A stretch of DNA of 24,171 nucleotides from a virus (Duplodnaviria; Caudoviricetes): positions 1 through 24,171 of IMG/VR virus record IMGVR_UViG_3300025296_000128; one strand, written 5' to 3'. A model generated the notes under the pieces. It worked only from the letters and a program-made list of their open reading frames with translations. It did no database searches and was not told the DNA's origin. Position numbers and translations under genes: made by a program. This document shows, in pieces, positions 8,480 to 16,700 of this stretch (position 1 is the first letter of the stretch; the number at the start of each line of letters is the position of its first letter).

Positions 8480-9533
8480 CGACCGCCGCCTTCACGTCCA
8501 GCCACTCGCAGTCGGCATACCTGCTCACGTCGTGTGCCAGCGTCTCACCAACCAGCCTGCTGGCGTGGTATGGAGGGATGCCGTTACCCGGACACATGGG
8601 TATCAGGTCGGCGAACGTCACGACGTGGCCTGCTGGCAGACTGGTCTTCCAGAGCAGCTTCTTACGCCGCTCTTCCGCAGGCGCAAGCTCGCGGTGGTCG
8701 GGGAACTTGTCGCCGCTGCCCAGCGCCTCACGCGTCGTGTCCAGCGCGCGCCTGAAATCACCAAGCATGGACGGCGTGAGCGAGAAGGCGTTGTCGGTGC
8801 CCTTCCACTCGCGGTCGTTGGTGTAGTGGAACTCGAAGATGCGGGCACCCAGCGCGTACGCCGCAATCCCCGGTATCCAGTCAGGGTGGTGGCACGAGAG
8901 GCCAACAACGATAGAGGGATACCACTTATGGTACTTTTCAAGTACCCGCACATTCAGGATGTCGGCAGGCGACGGGTAGATGCACGAGCACTGCATCAGG
9001 GCCACCTGCTCATTATGCCCTGCCGCCGCCACCATAGCCCGCACCACGTCGTCCATCGTGCTGCCGCCGGTCGAGAGGATTACTGGCTTCCCGTACTTCG
9101 CCACCTGCGCAATCAGCGGCGTATTCGTGATGTCGCCAGAGGCTATCTTGAAGGCTGGCACGTCGAGGTCTCTTAGCTGGTCAGCCGAGCGGCTATCGAA
9201 AGGCGTGCTGAAGGCCGTGATACCCACCTTGCGGCAGTAGGCGAACAGCTCCCCCCACTCGGTCTCTGTCGGCTCCAGAGCCTCGCGATGCAGGCCGTAA
9301 CTCTCCGCCATCGCGTGTGGGGAATCGAAGCGTGCGCTGAACATCGCAGGCGAGTAGACCTCGCGGGGCGTGCGCGTCTGGAACTTGACGGCAGAAGCGC
9401 CGTTGGCCTGCGCCGTGCGCACCATCGCACGCGCCCTTGCCATGTCGCCACCGTGGTTGGCGGATATCTCGGCGACGATGTAGGCGGGTTCGTCATCCGC
9501 TATGCGGGTGCCGTCAATCGCTATCTCTCTCAT
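8472..9533 (-). CDS. neuB: N-acetylneuraminate synthase-family (nonulosonic acid synthase) with C-terminal SAF/antifreeze-like domain, 353 aa
   Basis: IVAEISANHGGD, AVKFQT, STPFD, KIASGD, PVILSTG, C..YP, GLSCH, EFHYT, D..FSL and the C-terminal PGNGIPP are all present. Confidence 0.95.
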   Translation of the reverse strand: MREIAIDGTRIADDEPAYIVAEISANHGGDMARARAMVRTAQANGASAVKFQTRTPREVYSPAMFSARFDSPHAMAESYGLHREALEPTETEWGELFAYCRKVGITAFSTPFDSRSADQLRDLDVPAFKIASGDITNTPLIAQVAKYGKPVILSTGGSTMDDVVRAMVAAAGHNEQVALMQCSCIYPSPADILNVRVLEKYHKWYPSIVVGLSCHHPDWIPGIAAYALGARIFEFHYTNDREWKGTDNAFSLTPSMLGDFRRALDTTREALGSGDKFPDHRELAPAEERRKKLLWKTSLPAGHVVTFADLIPMCPGNGIPPYHASRLVGETLAHDVSRYADCEWLDVKAAVGD

Positions 9534-10264
9534 GCGTCCTCCTTCACGAAGAGATGGTTGAAGACTTCAATGCCTGACTGCTTTGAGCGCGGCCAGCTAT
9601 CCTTCTCGGTCAGCATCGCCAGCCGCAACGCTGACATGCACTGTTCGTAGTCCTCAGACAGATGGTTCAGCTCAATCATCACGCTGCGCAATGCCGGGGA
9701 GGCAAGCGCAAGGGTTGCGCCTGCAAGCACGCGGCCCTCGTAGCCATCCACGTCAATCTTTACATGGCTGGGAAGAGGGATGTCCCACATGGCGAGGTCG
9801 TCCATCTGGACGGACAGGATGGCCTGGGACACCGCCCAGTTCCCCTCGTCGCCTTCCTTGCCAATCTTGTGGCTCGCAGCCCCCGGCTCGGCCTGCATCA
9901 TGTACATCGTTTCTATCCGGCGCGTGTCCCACAGGGCTACCGGCAGGGGGGTTATGTCAAACTTCGTATCCGGCTGCGTACAGTCCTCGTTGTTCAGGTT
10001 GATGTTCTGCGCGAGCCGACTGAAGTTCATGGCCTCCGGCTCGAACGCGTATACCTTCGCACCGCGCGAGGCGGCAATCAGGCCGTACCCGCCCGTGTTG
10101 GCCCCGACGTCGTAGAACACGTCGCCTTCCCCAACGTACTCGTCAATCCATCCGACGGTCTCCGGCTCCTTGAAATGGGGTCTGACCCGCCACATCTTCT
10201 CCCACTGGGAATGTACGACGATACGAATATTGGCTTTCGGGTAATCAAGCAGTTCAAGGCCCAA
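9530..10264 (-). CDS. FkbM-family SAM-dependent methyltransferase, 244 aa
   Basis: FYDVGANTG.YGL, VYAFEP...NF..L..NI.LN, HVKIDVDGYE..VL.G and VMIEL. TTG start after GGAGG; ATGA overlap with neuB. Confidence 0.9.
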   Translation of the reverse strand: MGLELLDYPKANIRIVVHSQWEKMWRVRPHFKEPETVGWIDEYVGEGDVFYDVGANTGGYGLIAASRGAKVYAFEPEAMNFSRLAQNINLNNEDCTQPDTKFDITPLPVALWDTRRIETMYMMQAEPGAASHKIGKEGDEGNWAVSQAILSVQMDDLAMWDIPLPSHVKIDVDGYEGRVLAGATLALASPALRSVMIELNHLSEDYEQCMSALRLAMLTEKDSWPRSKQSGIEVFNHLFVKEDA

Positions 10265-10352
10265 CCGCAGCCTCCGGCATCGCGGCGGCTGCGTTTACGG
10301 CCGTGGGGATGTGCTCCGGGATAGGCCCGGTAACACAGGTATTACAAGCCAC
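10254..10352 (-). CDS. Putative 32-aa leader peptide / small ORF (MACNTCVTGPIPEHIPTAVNAAAAMPEAAVGP)
   Basis: GTG at 10352 with AAGGAGG 4 nt upstream. It is the 3' end of track ORF 10254..10640 and overlaps the FkbM start by 11 nt. Confidence 0.45.
   Translation of the reverse strand: MACNTCVTGPIPEHIPTAVNAAAAMPEAAVGP
10266..10293 (-). promoter_or_regulatory. Hairpin sequestering the FkbM Shine-Dalgarno
   Basis: The mRNA reads CGCAGCC-G-CCG-cgatgc-CGG-A-GGCTGCG, a 7+3 bp stem whose 3' arm contains the GGAGG just upstream of the TTG. Confidence 0.4.
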
Positions 10353-10387
10353 GAGTCCTCCTTCCGCGGCTCCTGAGAGCGATATCT

Positions 10388-10422
10388 GCACGGGCGCGGG
10401 AGCCGAAGCCCCCGCCCCATGC
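10388..10422 (-). terminator. Strong GC hairpin with C(UUCG)G tetraloop; terminator-like or mRNA-stabilising, no U-tract
   Basis: The mRNA reads GCATGGGGCGGGGGC-TTCG-GCTCCCGCGCCCGTGC, ~15 bp with G-U pairs and one bulge, ~20 nt after the stop of the decoration-like gene. Confidence 0.6.
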
Positions 10423-10441
10423 CTGTTACGCCATGACCTTT

Positions 10442-11188
10442 TTAGGGGTCTATCGTCAGTTTGACGAGCTGGAAGTCGGTTGATATGGCAGGAATCAATG
10501 CCGCCACACCGATGCTCTCGTTGTCCTGAGCCGAGCTGCTGTCGAGCAGTACGCCAGCACCGTCGGCGCTGGTCTCTGCTGGACCTACCTGGTCGCCGAC
10601 AACTGCCACGCCCTGCATCAGTACCGCTGCGTATCCCCACGTCTGAAGCCAGCCGTAGTAATCGGCTGTCATCGTCGTAGGAGAAACACCGGCAGCGACG
10701 TTGGTTACGCCTCCGGAGGGCTGGACAATGACCTGGTCGTACATGCTGTACGTGAGTCCGACCAGCGAACTCGTTGTCAGTGCTATCGACAGCCCATCCT
10801 CTTCATCGAGGGTAACAACGAGGCCCGCTGCACTCGACACTGCGGTGTTGGACTTAACGTCATACGTTGTTCCTTCACCTGCGCCGTCGTTGACGTACAT
10901 CAGACCTTCTTTGTACTGGTCCTTAGTTACTGTCAACGATGTCCCAACGGTAACCGTGGTGGCCCCTACCGCAGCAGCTTCCGACACTGCGAGGTCCATG
11001 TCGTGGGCAGCTACCGTAGCGGGTGCCTGGGCAATCCTGCCAGCCGCTATCTCGGTGCCCCCGACCAGGCAGTACCTGAACACCTTGCCGTTTTCGAGCG
11101 CCATGCGGGTGCCCAGCTTGTGTCGCTGGGTAGAAGTCAGCTTCTTCTCCCAGCCCTTTTTTCCGTAAATCGTATTCGGGAACGACAT
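10442..11188 (-). CDS. Putative capsid decoration/cement or minor head protein, 248 aa
   Basis: A/G/V/T-rich beta protein close behind the major capsid gene. Motifs KLGTRM...GKVFRYC and YYGWLQTWG are typical of proteins at this position. AAGGGAG upstream. Confidence 0.6.
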   Translation of the reverse strand: MSFPNTIYGKKGWEKKLTSTQRHKLGTRMALENGKVFRYCLVGGTEIAAGRIAQAPATVAAHDMDLAVSEAAAVGATTVTVGTSLTVTKDQYKEGLMYVNDGAGEGTTYDVKSNTAVSSAAGLVVTLDEEDGLSIALTTSSLVGLTYSMYDQVIVQPSGGVTNVAAGVSPTTMTADYYGWLQTWGYAAVLMQGVAVVGDQVGPAETSADGAGVLLDSSSAQDNESIGVAALIPAISTDFQLVKLTIDP

Positions 11189-11229
11189 TAGTTTTCAGAA
11201 CTCCCTTACAGGTTTCTTATACACCCTGC

Positions 11230-11271
11230 GATTGGCCGACGTAGATTGTTGCCGCATAGCCTCGGCCAATC
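11230..11271. repeat. Perfect 10-bp inverted repeat (GATTGGCCGA...TCGGCCAATC), 22-nt spacer, intergenic
   Basis: Arms at 11230-11239 and 11262-11271 within the 90-nt intergenic gap. Confidence 0.75.
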
Positions 11272-11278
11272 ATTACAG

Positions 11279-11860
11279 CTATGCTTTCGCCCTCTGCTTT
11301 CGGGTCTTCTTTGGCCGCACTCCTATGTCGTGCTCCCTGCCCATGTGAATCCTGAGCGACTTCTTCTGGGATTCCAGCTCAGTCGCCCTGGGAGTCCATT
11401 CATCACAGGCAGGACACACGAGGAGCGCCGCGGGTGGCGGGGGCGTAGCGGAGGACTCTACCATTGCCTCCGCCACCGTTGGCCTAGTTTCTTCGCCATC
11501 GCCTTCCTGTGCCCTGCAGGCACGCCACGCTCGTAGAACAGACTCGCGATTCCGGTCGTTCGTCTCATGCCCTGCGTCCATACGACGGTAGAGACTGAGA
11601 TGGTCGCGAGTTGGCTCCGTGCCAACGGGCCACGGGAACCAGCCGTTACCAAAAGCCTTCGACAGAAGGCCCATCTTGTCCTGCCCCGGATACCGTTCAG
11701 TCGCCACCGTGCCAGATTCCTTCGTCATCTTGCCGTCAACATTCAGAGACGGCCTGTGACGCCAGAGCGTGATGTAGTTCTCGTTGATGACGATTGGCTC
11801 AATGAGCGAGCCGCCGGAGCCGGGTTGTGTTTTTGGCTTATCGAAGTCGATGGTCGTCAC
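11279..11860 (-). CDS. Hypothetical protein with C-terminal C2H2-type zinc finger and basic tail (~193 aa)
   Basis: The start is re-called to GTG 11860 after TAAGGA (track: 11917). LVCPACD...SLRIHMGREH is followed by RPKKTRKQRAKA. Confidence 0.7.
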   Translation of the reverse strand: MTTIDFDKPKTQPGSGGSLIEPIVINENYITLWRHRPSLNVDGKMTKESGTVATERYPGQDKMGLLSKAFGNGWFPWPVGTEPTRDHLSLYRRMDAGHETNDRNRESVLRAWRACRAQEGDGEETRPTVAEAMVESSATPPPPAALLVCPACDEWTPRATELESQKKSLRIHMGREHDIGVRPKKTRKQRAKA

Positions 11861-11870
11861 GAATGAGTCC

Positions 11871-12758
11871 TTAACCGGTCGAAGCGGGGGCCGTCGCGTC
11901 GTAGAGCATGGGCGCACCGTGCTGGTCGTCCAACTCGAAGACGTTGTAGCGGGCCACCCAGTTCAACTCCCATGCACGACGGGATGCGTCACGCTCGCGC
12001 TCGATGGCGAATGACTTCGACTCAAGCGCAATCATCGCATCCTGCTGCGCGATAACCCCGGTTATGTCACCCGACGAGTCAATCGTCAGGTTCCCGTCCT
12101 CGAAGAAGTTCACCCCGTTGTAGCGGTGGCGGAAGAAGTTCTTCAGCACCGCACGCTGGAGGTCTTCGGGCGGATTCAGGTTTGCACCGCCCACCACGGA
12201 AACCGAAGTGAGCAGTGAGTGGAAGTTGTGCGGGTGAAGCACGATGTACGACGGGTCGAAAGGCTCCGTCTGGCTTGCACCTGAACCGCCGCGTGCCTTG
12301 ATGATGGCACCCGACATTGCGCTCAGGGTAGCCGTAGAACCAGACGAACCGAAAGCGGTTCCGCCGTTCAGGTTCGGGTACAGAGCAGTCGTGTCGTTGT
12401 CCTGCTTCTTTGTGAAGCCGTCACCCGCCTGTCTGCCAACAATCGAGAAGATGGGCGTCGAGCCGTGCTGTGCCACCAACTTGTCGGTCACGATTACCTT
12501 CGCGCCGACCTCTTTCACCGTGAGGTTAGTCGTGGTGATGTTGATGGTCTGCTCGTCCGTCATGTCCTCACCGTCAGTGAGGTCAGAGAACGTGAACTGG
12601 CCGACCTTCGGCACCTCCGCGTCCTTGTGGCCGCGTGGGAGCCGCATCTTCTCAATCAAAGCGTATGCGGGAGCCTTGTGCTCCTGCACATAGCGAGTGG
12701 CAGCAACCATTGTTTTCTGCGCGTTTTCGGCCTGCGCTGCCGTTGCTGTTGCAGCCAT
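11871..12758 (-). CDS. Major capsid protein (HK97-fold presumed), 295 aa
   Basis: Position after the scaffold and size. It shows typical capsid-like segments (VPKVG..TFSDLTDGEDM, GAKVIVTDKL, YIVLHP, IERERDASRRAWEL..V.RY). AAAGGTAGG upstream. Confidence 0.8.
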   Translation of the reverse strand: MAATATAAQAENAQKTMVAATRYVQEHKAPAYALIEKMRLPRGHKDAEVPKVGQFTFSDLTDGEDMTDEQTINITTTNLTVKEVGAKVIVTDKLVAQHGSTPIFSIVGRQAGDGFTKKQDNDTTALYPNLNGGTAFGSSGSTATLSAMSGAIIKARGGSGASQTEPFDPSYIVLHPHNFHSLLTSVSVVGGANLNPPEDLQRAVLKNFFRHRYNGVNFFEDGNLTIDSSGDITGVIAQQDAMIALESKSFAIERERDASRRAWELNWVARYNVFELDDQHGAPMLYDATAPASTG

Positions 12759-12775
12759 TTACCTACCTTTACTCA

Positions 12776-13663
12776 TTACCCCCGCCACTCCCGTTCGGCG
12801 ACTCTGCGCTCTCCGGCGCTCATCTCCGACCAGTCCTTGTCCTGGAGGCTTGTAAGCAGGGATGCGTGGTCAGCGCCCGCTGGGGCGGCTGACTCCTGTG
12901 CTTGAAGACTTGTTTCGGGTGTCTCCGCGGGAACCCGGCTCTGGGTGACGTTCTGCCTGCCAAGACGCTGTGCAAGCTGCTCCATTTCGGCAGGCGATTG
13001 CGTGCTAAAGAGCAGGGACTTGTCTGCATCTGTAACGCCAAATTGGGCTGCGTACTGGTCTACAGCTACTATCTTTCCAGCGTGGTCGAGCATCTGGTCG
13101 CTGGTCTGGACGGCAGCACGTGCCCTTATAAGCTCGGCCTGCGTCTCGAAGTACCTGCGCACCTGCCCGGCGTTCGCGGGCGAGCGGACAGTCTCTCGGG
13201 CTGCCTCTTCACCCATCTGCGCCGCATAGGCTTGTTCCTGTCGGGCAAGTTCAGCCTCGGTAAAAGCCGAAACCTGCTGCTGCTCGACCGCAGCCTGCTG
13301 CTGCTGGCCTGTCGCTGCCACCTGCTGTTCCAGTGCCGCAATGCGCGTGTCGTAGGTACTCTGCGCCTGCCGCCACTCGGGCGACTGGCTCAGGTCTACG
13401 CCTGCGGGTTTCGCCGCGGGAACCTCGGTCGTCTCTACAGGCGCAGGCGCTTCCCCTTCTGCAACTCCGGTAGCAACCGACCCGGCCTCTGCGCCTTCCG
13501 ACCCTCGCGCCGCAGACTCACCCGCCCGCTCGGCAGCGGCAGCCGCATCAGCGGCCTCGCCTACCTCGGGGGGAGTAGAGTCTTCCAGCTCAAGTGTCTC
13601 GGCGAGCTGCTGAATCTGATGCTCTTCGGTTGCAGGAGTGGTCGTCTGCTGCTCAGAAACCAC
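12776..13663 (-). CDS. Putative capsid scaffolding protein, 295 aa
   Basis: Acidic, A/E/Q-rich disordered N-terminus plus coiled coil, directly upstream of the capsid gene. AAGGAGG precedes the GTG. Confidence 0.7.
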   Translation of the reverse strand: MVSEQQTTTPATEEHQIQQLAETLELEDSTPPEVGEAADAAAAAERAGESAARGSEGAEAGSVATGVAEGEAPAPVETTEVPAAKPAGVDLSQSPEWRQAQSTYDTRIAALEQQVAATGQQQQAAVEQQQVSAFTEAELARQEQAYAAQMGEEAARETVRSPANAGQVRRYFETQAELIRARAAVQTSDQMLDHAGKIVAVDQYAAQFGVTDADKSLLFSTQSPAEMEQLAQRLGRQNVTQSRVPAETPETSLQAQESAAPAGADHASLLTSLQDKDWSEMSAGERRVAEREWRG

Positions 13664-13710
13664 CGCTATCCTCCTTGGTTGATTGGATATGTTACTACGT
13701 TATTACCTGT

Positions 13711-16700
13711 TTACTCGAATCTAGCGAAGTGCCTGGGGTCAGCGGCAGAGCGTCTACCCTTGGCGACAGGCCCTCCACGGCCCTGCGTACCAGTGGGACC
13801 GCCGAAAGCCGTGGTGCCTGTGCCGAAGAGCGCCGTTGCGCCGATAGCGCCACCAAGCAAGCCCTGCTCTTCAACGCCTTCGAGAATATCGACGATGATA
13901 AGCGGCACCAGTTGACCGAACAACTCGCGCTGTTCCGCCGTTACCTCTACCCCATACTCTTCGGTCAACAAGCCAGAGGCTTCATCAAGGTCTTCGCCAA
14001 TGAAGGTTTCCTGGAATACCCGGTTAGCCACGATGGACGGCAGGCCCGGTGCCAGCTTGGACCGCAAGAACCGGATTATCGTGTCTGAAGGCGGCTGCGG
14101 CACAGTAGCCCCTGCAGCCTTGCCGGTAACCGTCTTCCGACTACCACTGACAGCCTGAGCCAGATAGCGAGCGATAGGTTGCATACCGCCCCAGAACTCC
14201 ACGCGTGACGGGCCAACTCGTACCTTGCCGAAGTCCGACGAGCGAGGATTCAACTCAACCTCGGCGGCATTTGACGCTTTGATGAGACCAAGAATTGCCA
14301 TCCCCGCACCGAAGAACTTCAGCAGGTCGCCGACGACCATCTTGCGGATTACCGGGTCGCGCTCAAAGATGCTCAGAGGGGCCTGAATCCGTGACATTAC
14401 CAATCGGGGTGACCAGAAGGCAGCGTTCAACTCAGGGCCGATACTCTCAAACTTCCCTAGCCGACCGCGGCCCGTAGCCACGTTCAGCCAGCGGTTCATG
14501 CGCCGCACGCGGTCAGGAGTGACCTTGATACCTGCACTCCGCCAGTTGTCCAGCGTGTTCGTGGCCACGTCGAACCGTAGTTTGTTCAGATAGGTAGCAA
14601 AGCCCCGTTCAGACGCCTTTATGCCTGCCCCCAGCACAGGGATGCGCTGAAGGATGCGCCCCATGAACGCCTCTTCTCTGAGCGCCAGCCCAATCGTGCC
14701 TTCTACGTCGTGAAGGAACAGCCCGCCTTCATTCACCAAACGGTCGAAGTCAGGGTGAGCCACAATGTTAGCGTTGATGCGCCTAAACTCCGCAGGGTCG
14801 AAGGCGGCGCGGAACATCGGTACGAAACTCTTCACGAACTCCCGCGGGTGGCCAGCAGATAGAAGGATGCCCTGCCTGAGAGGGGCCGAGAAGTCGAACG
14901 ACGACCGCAGAACCTGCGGAATGTTCAGAACCTCAATGACGTTCTCTCTGACCCGTTGACTGAGCGGCCGCAGGTCACGTGCCGCGCGCACCAGTTCAGG
15001 GCCGAACCGCTCACGAAGCAGCCGTAACTCGGATGGCGTTGGGATGTGCCCCTGTAGCAGATTCGTGAGTGCCGTATCGGCATTGAGCTTCGTGAAGAAG
15101 CGGTCATCGGTGCCCCAGATACGTCCGAACAGAGAGTCGAGGTCGTCGTCGGTGAACTGCGGCCTCAGTGGCTCAAACTGCCCTAGCGCACGCTCGCCAC
15201 CAAGCTGCCCGCGGGCTGCAGGGCCTGCCCCCCGCGGCGAGACTGCTTCGGCAGCGCCTGCTGCTCGCGCTGTGATGCCCCGCAGTTCCTCGGCCCGTAA
15301 TCGTATTGTCTCCTCGGTCGCTACTTCTGCTTGCCTCAGTAACCTGGTCAACTTCTCAGTGGCAAGGACGCCCTGTGTCTCTGCAGACACCGGCAAGTTA
15401 TTCCGAACGGCAACGAGAGCGTCAATATCTGCTTCTGAGAACCAGCGCCCTGTAACTAAGCCTTCGGCCTCACGTACTGGAGGCGGTGGATTATTCGCCG
15501 CTTTCAGCACATCAATCTGCTCGGGCGCGGCAATCCCCGTGTCGAAAGCCGTGGCTACTCGCGGCCGTTCCGGGATGCCCCCGACAGCCTCGCGGGCCGC
15601 AGCAGCCCCGGTGGGAGGCCGTATGGGGGCGGTGGGAGCAACATCAGCAGCCCGTGTGGCCTGTCTGGCGGGAGAGATATCAAACTTCCCTGTCCGTATC
15701 AATGCCTCACGCACCAAAGACATCTGGTTACCAGGGTCTGCGGTTAGGTCTTTGGCTCCGACCGCAAACGACTTGTTCTTTAGGGTATTTTTGATGCCAA
15801 ATTCTCTTGCAAAGTTTTCTGCCTTTGCCTTTGACGGAATCCCTCTAGTTGACGTAGAACCTAAGTACCTCCACCCCAGCTCTATATCCTTAAATGGCCC
15901 CTTTGCTTGCCACGCCACCGTCCAGAAATTCCCTTCACCATGCACCTCAAATAGGTCTTTGGCAGCGATGTCCACCGCCTCTTCAAAGGTTGCCTCTGGC
16001 GTATTTTTGATGGTATCCAGTAGTTGCTGTGCCCGTACAGCAGGGACTACCTCACCAGCCCCCCTAGCAGCAGCGGCAGCGGGAGGCTGCGTGGGGGCGG
16101 TGGTGGCGGCCTGCTGCGCCTCGGGCAACGCGCGCGGGACTGGCCCTATCCGCGCCTCAGCCTCAATGCCAAAGAGCGCACGACGAGTCTCCGCCGCTAT
16201 CTGGTCAATGTCAGCAGCAACTTCAGCGGCAATTTGCGGGTTTTCTGTATCTACAAGCAATCTGTCGCCAAGCCGACCGCCAACAGACTGATCACCAACA
16301 ATCTCAAAGGGAGATGTTACCGATTTTCCTCCATGACGCTCAGCGATAACGTCCCAAAGTAGAGAGTTTTCGCGATCGGCGGCCCCAAGAGTTCTAGCCG
16401 GATTACCTATACGTGCAATCGCATTTAGGGACGCTCGACTCTCAGCAACAATCTCAGGCGTTAGGTTAACCCCCCGCCTCCGCATCTCCTTCGTCAGGTC
16501 AGCGATTTCGTCTCCAAGTGCTTCCCCAATGATTTCAGCCCGTATTTCGTCTTCGGGAAGCTCTTCAATTTTTATCCCTTCCCGCCTAACCGTTTCCGCT
16601 CCTTCATCAGCCGCCTGCCGCACACGAGCAATCGACTGGATAATGTCATCGGGCAGAATTGGGTCGCCACCACCCGGCAGCCCCGCCGCACCCTCCGGCA

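Noticed and set aside
7730-10264. Reading neuA/neuB/FkbM as a bacterial capsule/LPS locus flanking a prophage
   Set aside because: The genes are flanked on both sides by co-oriented, overlapping phage structural genes, with no flippase, polymerase, transporter, integrase or att-like boundary.
10353-10640. Full 128-aa ORF 10254..10640
   Set aside because: Its 5' part overlaps the decoration-like gene out of frame and crosses the UUCG hairpin. Only the last 32 codons have an SD.
11861-11917. Possible programmed frameshift fusing the capsid protein to the C2H2 protein (frames overlap)
   Set aside because: No slippery sequence was seen, and the downstream gene has its own SD and GTG at 11860.
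13664-13710. AT-rich gap upstream of the scaffold gene as a late promoter
   Set aside because: The location is plausible and TAACAT/TAATAA-like hexamers occur, but I found no convincing -35 at proper spacing and no repeat of the motif elsewhere.
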